64,000 nucleotides of DNA from Squalus acanthias (taxonomy: Eukaryota). Positions 49,130 through 60,455 of the stretch are shown here, piece after piece. Under the pieces are notes generated by a model, which saw only the letters and a list, made by a program, of their open reading frames with translations, did no database searches and was not told where the DNA came from. Each line of letters begins with the position of its first letter. Position 1 is the stretch's first letter. The stretch covers positions 62,001 through 126,000 of the forward strand of contig JASTWF010000351.1 in NCBI GenBank assembly GCA_030390025.1, given 5' to 3'. The translations under genes were made by a program, and so were the position numbers.

Positions 49130-49452
49130 AATTTGCCGCAGTATCAGGAACTATCTGTAATTGTAGTGCCCCTATTTGTCTATGACTCGTGTGCCGCAGG
49201 ACATGGCTGTTATATCTAATTACAGCACCCTCCAATGCCCTGTGACACGTGCCATAGGACAAGAGACACTCTGTCTAAATGTAGCACTCCCTACTGCCCT
49301 CTGACTGATTTAATGCAGGAGGAGAGATGCTCTTTATAAATACAACGCCCCCTACTGCCCTATGACTACGTTTCGCAAGAGGAGAAAATACATTTATAGT
49401 TGCAGCGCCCCCTACTGCTCTGTCTTATTTTGCGCATGGGATGAAGTGCTGT
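49130..49452. repeat. Degenerate block of the ~62-bp satellite
   Basis: ccctactgccctctgactgatttaatgcaggaggagagatgctc-type units. Confidence 0.75.
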
Positions 49453-49453
49453 A

Positions 49454-51179
49454 TAGAAACAGAGAAGATAGGAGCAGGAGTAGGCCATTCGGCCCCTCGA
49501 GCCTGCACCGCCATTCAATTCGATCATGGCTGATCATCCAAATTCAGAACCCTGTCCCTGCTTTCTCCCCATATCCCTTGATCCTTTTAGCCTTAAGAAA
49601 TATATCCAACTCCTTCTTGAATATATTTAATGAACTGGCCTCTACTGCCTTCTGTGGTAGAGAATTCCACAGGTTCACCACCCTCTGGGTGAAGAAATTC
49701 CTCCTCATTTCTGTCCTAAATGGCTTACCCCTTATCCTTAGACTGTGACCCCTGGTTCTGGACTCGCCAACCATCGGGAACATCCTTCCTGCATCTAGTC
49801 TGTCCAGTCCTGTCAGAATTTTATAAGTTTCAATGAGATCCCCTATCATTCTTCTAAACTCCAGCGAGTATAAGCCCAATCGACCCAATCTCTCCTCATA
49901 CGTCATTCCTGCCATCCCAGGTATCAGCCTGGTGAATCTTTGCTGAACTCCTTCCATGGTAGAACCTCCTTCCTCAGATAAAGCGACAAAAACTGCACAC
50001 AATACTCAAGATGTGGTCTCACCAAGGCCCTGTACAACTGCAGCAAGACATCCTTGTTCCTGTACTCAAACCCTCTCGCTACGAAGGCCAACACACCAGT
50101 TGCTTTCTTAACCACCTGCTGCACCTGCATGCTTACCTTCAGCGACTGGTGCACAAGGACACCCAGGTCTCGTTGCACTTCCCCTTCTCCCAATCTATTG
50201 CCATTCAGATAATAATCTGCTTTCCTGTTTTTGACACCAAAGTGGATAACCTCGCATTTATCCACGTTATATTGCATCTGCCATGCTTCTGCCCAATCAC
50301 CCAACCTGTCCAAATTATCCTGGAGTTTCTCGGCATCCTCCTCACAGCACACACGCCCACCCAGCTTTGTGTCGTATGCGAACTTGGAGATATTACATCT
50401 AGTTCCCTTGTCTAGATCATTAATATATATTGTGAATAGCTGGGGTCCTAGCACCGATCCCTGCGGTATCCCACTATTCACTGCCTGCCACTCGGAAAAA
50501 GACCCGTTTATTCCAACTCTTTGCTTTCTGTCTGCCAACCAGTTCTCTATCCAAGTCAATATCTTGCCCCCAATCCCATGTGCCTTAGCTTTACACGCTA
50601 ATCTCTTATGCGGGAACATATCAAAAGCCTTTTGAAAGTCCAAATACACCACATCCACTGGTTCTCCCTTATCTATTTTACCAGTTACATTCTAAAAAAA
50701 TTGCAGTAGATTAGTCAAGCACGATTTACCTTTTGTAAATCCATGTTGACTTTGTCCGATCCTGTCACTGTTTTCCAAGTGCTCAGCTATTACATCTTTT
50801 ATAATGGACTCTAGCATTTTCCCACTACCGATGTCAGGCTTAATTCCCTGTTTTCTCTCTACCACCTTTTTTAAATAGTGGAGTAACATTAGCTACCCTC
50901 CAATCCATGGGAACTGTTCTAGAGTCTATAGAATTTTGAAAGATGACCAGCAATGCATCTACTATTTCTAGGGCCACTTCCTTCAGTACCCTGGGATGTA
51001 GATTATCAGGCCCTGGGGATTTATCAGCTTTCAATCCCGTCAATTTCCCTAACACCATTTACCTACAAATACTGATTTCTTTCAGTTCCTCCCTTTAATC
51101 AGACCCTATGTTCCCCGACATCTCTGGGAGGTTATTTGTGTCCTCCTTTGTGAAGACAGAACCAAAATATGCATTTAAT
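49454..51179 (-). mobile_element. CR1 LINE, RT to 3' end
   Basis: ORFs 49544-50002, 49924-50658, 50692-50889 and 50840-51058. Same family as 60456-64000. Confidence 0.92.
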
Positions 51180-51328
51180 TGGAAGCTCGACACCATCCAG
51201 GAAAAAGCAGCCCGCTTGATTGGCATCTCATCCACCAACTTAAACATTCACTCCCTCCACCACCGGCGCACCGTGGCTGCAGTGTGTACCATCTACAAGA
51301 GGCACGGCAGCACCTCACAAATCTCTAC

Positions 51329-54300
51329 TACAACAACAACAACAACTTGTATTTATATAGCGCCTTTAACATAGTAAAACGTCCCAAGGCGCTGCACAGG
51401 AGTATTTTAAGACAACAAATTTGACACCGAGATACATAAGGATAAATTGGGGCAGGTGACCAAAACCTTGGTCAAAGAGGTAGGTTTTAAGGAGCGTCTT
51501 AAAGGAGGAAAGAGAGGTAGCGAGGAGGAGAGATTTAGGGAGGGAATTGCAGAGCTTAGGGCCTAGGCAACAGAAGGCACGGCCACCAATGGTGGAACAA
51601 TTATACACAGGAGTCCTCAACAGGGCAGAATTAGAGGAGCGCAGATATCTTGGGGGGTCGTGGGGCTGAAGGAAATTACAGAGATAGGAAGGGGAGAGGC
51701 CATGGAGGGATTTGAAAATAAGGATGAGAGTTTTGTAATCGAGGCGCTGCCTAACCGGGAGCCAATGTAGATCAGCAAGCACAGGGGTGATGGGTGAACG
51801 GGACTTGGTGCGAGTTAGGATATGGGCAGCCGAGTGTTGGATGACCTCAAGTTTACGTAGGATGCAATATAATGTGGATAAATGCGAGGTTATCCACTTT
51901 GGTGTCAAAAACAGGAAGGCAGATTATTATCTGAATGGCAATAGATTGGGAGAAGGGGAAGTGCAACGAGACCTGGGTGTCCTTGTGCACCAATCGCTGA
52001 AGGTAAGCATGCAGGTGCAGCAGGCGGTTAAGAAGGCCAATGGTATGTTGGCCTTCGTAGCAAAAGGGTTCGAGTACAGGAACAAGGATGTCTTGCTGCA
52101 GTTGTACTTGGTGAGACCACACCTTGAGTATTGTGTGCAGTTTTGGTCACCTTATCTGAGGAAGGATGTTCTTGCCATGGAGGGAGTGCAGCGAAGATTC
52201 ACCAGGCTGATACCCGGGATGGCAGGAGTGGCGTATGAGGAGAGATTGGGTCGATTGGGCTTATACTCACTGGTGTTTAGAAGAATGAGAGGGGATCTCA
52301 TTGAAACTTATAAAATTCTAACAGGACTAGACAGACTAGATGCGGGAAGGATGTTCCCGATGGCCGGGGAGTCCAGAACCAGGGGTCACAGTCTAAGGAT
52401 AAGGGGTAAGCCATTTAGGACAGAGATGAGGAGGAATTTCTTCACCCAGTGAGTGGTGAACCTGTGGAAGTCTCTACCACAGAAGGCAGTAGAGGACAAT
52501 TCATTAAATATATTCAAGAAGGAGTTAGATATATTTCTTAAAACTAAAGGGATCAAGGGATATGGGGAGAAAGCAGGGACAGGGTACTGAATTTGAATGA
52601 TCAGCCATGATCTCATTGAATGGCGGAGCAGGCTCGAGGGGCTGAATGGCCTACTCCTGTTCCTATCTTCTATGTTTCTATGTTTCTATGGAATGTGGGA
52701 GGCCAGCCAGGAGTGCATTGGATTAGTCAAGTCTAGAGTTAACAAATGCATGGCTGAGGGTTTCAACAGCGGATGAGCTGAGGCAAGGGCGGAGACGGGC
52801 AATGTTACGGAGGTGGAAGTAGGCGGTCTTTGTTAAGCTGTGGATATGTGGTTGGAAGCTCATTTCAGGGTCAAATATGACACCAAGGTTGCGAACAGTG
52901 TGGTTAAGCCTCAGACAGATGTTGGGGAGTTGGGTAGAGTCAGTGGCTAGGGAACGGAGTTTGTGGCGGGGACCGAAGACAATGGCTTCGGTTTTCCCAA
53001 TATTGAATTGGAGAAAATTGTTGCTCATCCAGAACTGTATGTCGGACAAGCAGTCTGACAATTTAGACACCGTGGAGGGATCGAGATAAGAAGTAGTGAG
53101 GGAGAGCTGGGTGTTATCAGCGTACATGTGGAAACTGATGCTGTGTTTTCAGATGATGTCACCAAGGGGCAACATGTAGATGAGAAATAGGAGGGGGCCA
53201 AGGATAAACCCTTGGGGAACACCAGAGGTAATGATGCGGGAGTGGGAAGAGAAGCCATTGCAGGTGATTCTCTGGTTACGATTAGATAGATAAGAATGGA
53301 ACCAGGTGAGTGCAGTCCCACCCACCTGGATGACGATGGAGAGGCGCTGGAGAAGGATGGAATGGTCAACCGTGTCAAAGGCTGCAGACAAGTCAAGAAG
53401 GACAAGGAGGGATAGTTTACCTTTGTCACAGTCACAAAGGATGTCATTTGTGACTTTCATGGGAGCCGTTTTGGTACTGTGGCAAGGGGTGAAACCTGTT
53501 TGGAGGGATTCAAACATGAATTGCGGGAAAGATGGGCACAGATTTGAGAAGCAACAACACGTTCAAAGACTTTGGAGATGAAAGGGAGGTTGGAGATGGG
53601 GCAGTAGTTTGCAAGGACGGAGAGATCAAGGGTTGTTTTTTTGAGGAGAGGGGTGATAACGGCAGATTTGAGGGAGAGGGGGACAGTACCTGAGGAGAGA
53701 GAACCGTTAACCATATCAGTTAACATGGGAGCCAGAAAAGGAAGTTGGATGGTCAGCAATTTGATGGGAATAGGGTCGAGGGAGCAGGAGGTGGGTCTCA
53801 TAGACAAGATGAGCGCAGAGATGTCAGAGGGGAGATCGGAGAGAAACTGGAGAAAGATGCGAGTTCAGGGCTAGGGCAGGGGGTAACCTCAGAGGAAGGT
53901 TGGCCCAGTGGGCTAGGGTAAGGAAGGGAAGTGGCAGAGGCAGCTGAACGGATGGTCTCTGTCTTAGAGACAAAGAAGTCCATGAGCTCCTCACACTTGT
54001 TATCGGAGGTGTGGGTGGAGGAGACAGGGGAGAGGGGTTTAAGAAGACGGTTAGCAGTGGAGAATAGGAGCCGGGGTTTATCTTTATATTCCAGAATGAT
54101 TCTGGAATAGTGAGCAATTTTGGCAGACGAGAGTAGGGCCTGATAGTGCTTTATGTGGTCCAGCTAGATCTGGCGGTGAATGGCTAAACCAGTTGTCCGC
54201 CATATCCGTTCAAGTCTGCGTCCCTTGGACTTAAGGGAGCGAAGATGAGGGCCGTACCAGGGGGAACGGCAAAGGTGAGAGAGGGTCATTGTTTTAGTAG

Positions 54301-55648
54301 GGGCTAGGGCATCAAAGGTGGTGGTGAGGGTGTGGTTGAGCAGATCGGTAGCTGCAGAAATGTCATGGTGAATGGAGGGCCAGAGGCTGGACAGTTGGGA
54401 TTTCATAAGTGCAGTTGTAAGAGAATTGGGAGAGAGTTTTTTCCAGGGCGGACACAGAAGGAAGTAGGGTCGGAGGTGGTGGAAGGGGGATGTGGGTGGA
54501 GAGCGACATGAGTTATGGTCAGTGATGGCCTTATCTGTAATTGACACGATGGGAGTAGTGAGGCCCGAGAGATGGCAAGGATGAGGGGATGGCCGTGAAT
54601 ATGGGTTGGGGAGTTCACATGGAGGGAGAGATTAAGGGAGGATAGGAGGCTAGTGAACTCAGAGGAGAGAGAGCATGATGAATTGAGATGGAGGTTGAAA
54701 TCACCGAGGCTGAGAAGTCGTTCGGTGCAGAGGCTGAGGGAGGAGAACAGTGAAGATATCTCAGTAATAACATTTTTATGGTGCTTGGGTGGGCGGCAGA
54801 GAACAAGAATTTAAAATGAGAGGTGAGAGGGGTGGAATAAGGTGAGATGCTCAAAGGAGGAGACACTGCTGGAGGAATAGGGGGACAGACCAAGGTGTGA
54901 TTTGGTGATGAGAGCCACACCGCCACCACGGCGGTCTGAGCGGGGCAAGTGGTGAAAGGTATAGCCAGGCAGGGAGGCTTCATTTAACGGTAAGGTGTCA
55001 TCACCCCTCAACCAAGTTTCCGTCAGGGCCATGATGTCGATATAGTCATCCACGATAAGCTCCTGGATGGCAAGGGCCTTGTTCACAAGTGAACGGACAT
55101 TCTGTAGGGAGATGCGGAGAGGGTCGGTGATGGCTGCCCCACTGCCAGCATCCACAGGATCAGCACTGGGGGGGGGGGGGGGGGGAAGTGTTGGATGGGG
55201 AGGAGATCGGCAAGATTTGCCCCCAGTGGGCGCACTGGGCAGGAAGGTCGGCGAGAGAGTAGGATGGGACGGTTGGGGTTGCTGCTTGTCAGGCGGCTGT
55301 GATGAGTGCCTCGATGGGCCCTTCGTAGGATGCCAAGAGAGGCACAGAGGGAAGCTGTGGGCTTGTCAAAGAGGGAGTCAAGCCTGGGACGGCGGCAGGA
55401 GAGTAGGAATGTCGAAGACTAATGAAGGATTGGGGTCGGGATTTTGGAGGGCAGTGCATCCGAGAGAGGAGAGATGAAAGGAGGCGTGACGTCAGGAGAG
55501 TCCTTTCAGGGAGGGATAGAGAGAAAAGGTAAATTGGGGGATAAATGGAATGCCTCGTGTCCGGCGCGGCAGCCAAAGTGCACATGCGAATGGACAAGGG
55601 AAAAGCTCAGGTTACATAGGCCTGTTTAAATGTAATAATTAATGTAAT
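51329..55648 (-). mobile_element. Near full-length L2-clade LINE (decayed ORF2) containing a CR1 insertion
   Basis: LQNVRSL/LTETWL, PISNLPF, LDLSAAFDTVDH, GVPQG, MYADN and LHWLPV in order. (TTG)n tail at 51330-51346. Confidence 0.9.
51862..52690 (+). mobile_element. 5'-truncated CR1 inserted into the L2
   Basis: MQYNVDKCEVIHFG...RRNFFTQ and a (TTTCTATG)n tail. The L2 sequence resumes at 52691. Confidence 0.92.
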
Positions 55649-56050
55649 TCTACCACCTAGAAGGACAAGGGCAGCAGGCGCATAGGAACACCATCAGCTC
55701 CAAGTTCCCTCCAAGTTACACACCATCCTGACTTGGAAATATATCGCCGATCCTTCATCCTCGCTGGGTCAAAATCCTGGAACTCCCTCCCTAACAGCAC
55801 TGTGGGAGTACCATCACCACACGGACTGCAGCAGTTCAAGGAGGCTGCTCACCACCACCTTCTCAAGGGCAATTACGGATGGGCAATAAATGCTGGCCTT
55901 TCCAGCGACGCCCACATCCAAAGAACGAATAAAAGAAGGACGAGGGATGCTCCTTGTAAATGTGGCACCCCCTACTGCTCTGATTTACCACAGTACTTAG
56001 GTTGGTCTTTCTAATTGTAGCGCCCCCTACGGCCCTCTGACTTATTTACC

Positions 56051-56502
56051 TCTTCTTCATCTTCTTAGGCAGTCCCTCGGAACCGAGGATGACTTGCTTC
56101 CACATTAAAAATGAGTTTGCAGGTGACTGATGAGTCCAATGCGGGACCTACAGTCTCTGTCACAGGTGGGGCAGACGGTGGTTGAAGGGGCAGGTGGGTG
56201 GGGTGCTTGGGTTGACGTGCGCTCCTTGCGCTGCCTGCACTTGGCTTCCGCTTGCTCCCGGCGAAGAGACTCGAGGTGTTCGGCGCCTTCCCGAATGCTT
56301 CTCCTCCACTTTGTGCGGTCTTGGGCCAGGGATTCCCAGGTGTCGGTGGGGATGTTACATTTTTTCAAGGAGGCTTTGAGGGTGTTCTTGAAGCGTTTCC
56401 TCTGCCCACCTGGGGCTCTCTTGCCGTGCCGGAGCTACGAGTAGAGCGCTTGTTTTGGGAGTCTTGTATCGGGCATGCGGACAATGTGACCCATCCATCG
56501 GA
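56051..56502 (-). mobile_element. RTE-clade LINE 3' fragment with 12-bp TSD
   Basis: WESLAQDRTKWR...CPTCDRDCRSRIGLISHLQTH* and a (GAA)-rich tail. GACTTATTTACC at 56039-56050 and 56503-56514. Confidence 0.85.
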
Positions 56503-56612
56503 GACTTATTTACCACAGGACGAGGGACGCTCGTCTAATTGTAATGGCCCCGACTGCCCTCTGACTGATTTACCACAGGACGAGGGTTACTCTATATCAG
56601 TGGAGCGCTCCC

Positions 56613-56771
56613 TAGACAAATTTTTGCAAGATAAGGGAGTGAAGGATTATGGGGAGCGGGTGGGGAAGTGGCTTTGAGCCCAAGATCAGCCATGATCTTA
56701 TTGAATGACAGAGCAGGCTCGAGGGGCCAAGTGGTCTATTCCTGCTCCTATTTCTTCTGTTCTTATGTTCT
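56613..56771 (+). mobile_element. CR1 3' end fragment
   Basis: LDKFLQDKGVKDYGERVGKW plus a CR1-type 3' UTR with (TGTTCTTA)-like tail. Confidence 0.82.
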
Positions 56772-57028
56772 TTTGACTGATTTACCACAGCACATGGGAC
56801 GCTCTATCTAAATGTGGCGCCCCCTAGTGCCCTCTGACTGATTTACCACAGGACGAGGGTTGCTCACTATCAGTGGAGTGCCCCCTACTGCTCTCTGTTT
56901 TACTACAGGATGACGGAAGCTCTGTGTAAATGGCGCTCCCCCTACTGCTCTGGCTGATTTAGCACAGGACGAGGGATGCTCTGTCTAATTGTAGCAACAC
57001 CTATTGCCCTCTTACTCATTTATGATAG

Positions 57029-57355
57029 TGGTCATGATGTGGAGGTCTTTCCAGCTTTTTAAAAAACAAACACAAGAACAAACACAAGAAACAAACCCAA
57101 ATGGAGAGGATATGCAGCCAGCAGGTGTTTTGACACGTTGGACCCCCTGGGACACATCTCATTGTCTTGGCTGTGCTCTTAGTATGTCTTTGATGTAGGG
57201 ATAGATTGAATCTCTGCATTTTCTCTGTGTTTATATTCTGTGAATTCTGGTAGATTGTCTCACAGTAACTCTACCTGAGGAAGGGGCGACAGCTCCGAAA
57301 GCTTGTAATTTTAAATAAATCTGTTGGACTATAACCTGGTGTTGTGCGACTTCTC
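57029..57355 (+). mobile_element. Penelope-like element terminal fragment with TSD
   Basis: 3' end shared with 13-133. (CTC)ATTTATGATAG is duplicated at 57015-57028 and 57353-57366. Confidence 0.72.
57272..57307 (+). ncRNA. Minimal type I hammerhead ribozyme motif
   Basis: TAC-CTGAGGA-A-GGGGC(GACA)GCTCC-GAAA-GCT-T-GTA: conserved core, 5-bp stem II, palindromic AGCT stem III, TAC/GTA stem I. Confidence 0.7.
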
Positions 57356-58065
57356 ATTTATGATAGGAAGAGGGATGCTCTATCTGAATGCGGCGCACCT
57401 ACTGCCTTCTAACTGATTAACCACAAAACGAGGGACTGTCTGTCTAAGTGGAGGATCCCCTACTGCTTCCGACTGATTTAACACAGCACGAGGGATGCTC
57501 TGTCTAATTGTAGTGCGCCCTACTGGTCATTTATTTACCACAGGACGTAGAATTATCTGTCTAAATGTGGCTCCCCCTACAGCCCTGTGACTGATTTACC
57601 ACAGGATGAGGAACGGGCTATCAAAGTGGAGCGCCCCCTACTGCCCTCTGAATGATTTAACACATGACGTAGGATGCTCTGTCCAAGTGGAGCACCCGGT
57701 ACTGCCCCCTGACTGATTTATCACTGGTAACGGGATGCTCTGTCTGTGGAGCGCCCCTCCTGTTCTCGGACTGATTTACCACAGGACGAGGGATGCTCTA
57801 TTTAAGTATAGTGTCCCCTACTGCCCTATGACTGATTTAGCACAGGACAAGGGACGCTCTGACTAAGTGGCACGCCCCCTACTGCCCTTTGACTGATTTA
57901 CCACAGGACGAAGGATGCTCGGTTGAAGTGGAGCGCCCCCGCTGCCCTCTGACTAATTTACCACAGGACGAGGGATGCTCGCTTTAATTGCAGCGCCCCT
58001 TACAGCTCTGTGTCTGATTTACCACAGGACGATAAAGCAAGAAGGTCGTGTCTTCTTGTAACAGT

Positions 58066-59010
58066 AGATTTCTGTTTAGTCCCCTTGGAGGACAAGACAC
58101 ACCCATGAGTTTTTCCTGGAATGTGTAATTTGATCATTTCTGCTGGAGAGTAATCAAGATCTTTGCAAAATATAATTTGATCGATTCACTGTGACAGCCA
58201 GGCTCCAGAGCTCACTGTGCTAAAACTGCTGCTTTCAGAGACAGACAGGGCTCACCCTCCCGGGTTAGGAGCACTTACAGCGCTCACACTGCCGACTTCA
58301 GGTAGGGAGGGGTAAGGCCGTGGAGGGATTGTAACATGAGGATGAGAATATTTAAATCACATATTGGTGTACAACGTTCCCCCTAATTTTTTTGGATGCA
58401 TGGCCCCTTTAATGGGCTGCACGGCCCATTCAAACTTTTGCTCATTTCGTTCAAAAGACGGTAAGCGGCCTGCGTGGGATCTCCAGACAGCTCAGTGTGA
58501 ACGTTGTTGGTAGAACATGAGCCAATGTAGGTCAAGCAGCACGCGGGTGATGAGTGAATGGGACTTGCCGCGTGTTAGGATGAGCTCAAGTTCATTGAGG
58601 GTGGAAGATGGGCGGCTGGCCAGGAGAACAGGGTGACTGTCTGTGTGGAGTTTGCACATTCTCCTCGTGTCTGCGTGGGTTTCCTCCGGGTGCTCCGGTT
58701 TCCTCCCACAGTCCAAAAATGTGCGGGTTAGGTTGATTTGGCTATGATAAATTGACCCTTAGTGTTAGGGGGGATTAAATATGTGGGGTTATGGGGATAG
58801 GATGGGATATGTTAGGGGGAATTAAATACGTGGGGTTACGGGGGTAGGGTGGGATATGTGTACTGTGGGGATTAAAGCAGGGACAGGGTACTGGATTTGG
58901 GTGATCAGCCATGATCGTATTGAATGGTGGAGCAGGCTCGACGGGCCGAATGGCCTACTCCTGCTCCTAGATTCTATGTTTCTATGTTTCTATGTTTAAC
59001 ATTGGAGTAG
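58066..59010 (+). repeat. Second copy of the duplicated segment, carrying a SINE insertion
   Basis: Colinear with 41812-42342 apart from 58631-58997. Confidence 0.88.
58631..58997 (+). mobile_element. 5'-truncated V-SINE (no tRNA head)
   Basis: Near-identical to 47471-47845. Flanked by AACA on both sides. Confidence 0.85.
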
Positions 59011-60455
59011 GGCTTCAAACTAAAAAAGGGGGGAGGGATCAGGTGAGGGGAAATTTAGAAATCTAAGGAGAAAGGTCAAGGCAATAGTGCAGTGTAGCGA
59101 TTTGAGTAAAAATAAGCAGAGTGTGAAAGGAAGGGACAGAGAGTTTAATGGTAGCAGTGCCGCAGAGAATAAGGTCAAAGCAGGGAATAATGGTAAAAAA
59201 AAGTTAAATTAAAAGCTCTTTATCTGAATGCACGAAGCATTCGTAAAAAGATAGATGATCTACTGGCACAAATAGAGTTAAATGGGATTGATCTAATAGC
59301 CATTACAGATACATGGTTGCAAGGTGGCCAAGGTTGGGAACTAAATGTTCCAGGGTACTTGACGTTTCGAAAAGACAGGCAGAATGGAAAAGGAGGGGGA
59401 GTAGCCCTGATAATAAAGGATGACATAAGGACAGCAGTGAGAAAGTATCTCGGCTCAGAAGATCAGGAAGTAGAATCAGTATGGGTGGAGATAAGGAATA
59501 ACAAGGGCAGAAAACACTGGTAGGAGTAGTATATAGGCCCCCTAACAGTAGCTATACCGTTGGACAGAATATTAATCAAGATATAGTAGGAGCTTGCAAC
59601 AAAGGTAATGCAATAATCTTGGGTGACTTTAATCTTCATATAGACTGGACAAATCAAATTGGCAAAGGTAGTCTGGAGGACAGGTTCATGGAATGCATTC
59701 GGGACACTTTCCTGGAACAATATGTCATGGAACCAATAAGGGAACAGGCTATTTTAAATCCTGTATTGTGTAATGAGACAGGGTTAATTAGCAATCTAAT
59801 AGTAAAGGATTCTCTGGGGCGGAGTGATCATAATATGATAGAATTTCACGTTAATTTTGAGAGTGACTTGCCTGAGAGCCTTAAACTTAAATTAAGCCAT
59901 TTAAATAGGTATTAGGGGTGAGTTGGCTAAGGTAGATTGGAAAAATAGATTAAAAGGTACGGCGGTAGATAAGCAGTGGCTAGCATTTAAAGAAATATTT
60001 CCTAATTCTCAACAAAAATACATTCCATTGAGAAACAAAAACTCCACGGGAAAAGTGATTCAACCGTGGCTAACTAAAGGAGTTAAGGATAGCATTAGAT
60101 TGAAAGAAGAAGCTTATAATGTTGCAAAGAATAATAGTAACCCTGAGGATTGGGAGAGTTTCAGAAACCAGCAAAGGTTGACCAAAACATTTATAAATAG
60201 GGAAAAAATAAATTATGAGAGAAAACTAGCAAGAAATATAAAAGCAGATTGCAAGAATTTCTACAAGTATGTAAAAAGGAAAAAAGAGTAGCAAAGGTAA
60301 ACGTTGGGCCCTTAGAGGCTGAGACAGGAGAAATTATTAATGGAATAAGGGAATGGCAGAAATGTGAAACAAATATTTTGTATCTGTCTTTACAGTAGAA
60401 GACACAAAAAGCATACCAAAAAATGGTGGGGAACCAAGGGTCTTATGAGGGTGAG
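59011..60455 (+). mobile_element. CR1 LINE, ORF2 endonuclease region, decayed
   Basis: YLNARS-coding sequence at ~59221, plus GDFNLHIDW, SDHNMIEF and QPWLT. Cut off by the next element. Confidence 0.88.

Larger units (their letters stand above)
51180..55935 (+). mobile_element. 3' part of a CR1/L2-supergroup LINE, split into 51180-51328 and 55649-55935 by an L2 insertion
   Basis: KLDTIQEKAARLIG...HSLHHRRTVAAVCTIYK, then KSWNSLPNS...FKEAAHHHLL and AATAAA. TCTAC is duplicated at 51324-51328 and 55649-55653. Confidence 0.7.
55938..58033. repeat. ~62-bp satellite array interrupted by RTE, CR1 and Penelope-like insertions
   Basis: Same consensus as 41183-41798. Confidence 0.92.

Noticed and set aside
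41183..58033. CRISPR-like appearance of the ~62-bp repeats
   Set aside because: The whole unit is homologous between copies, so there are no unique spacers. There are no cas genes and the context is eukaryotic.
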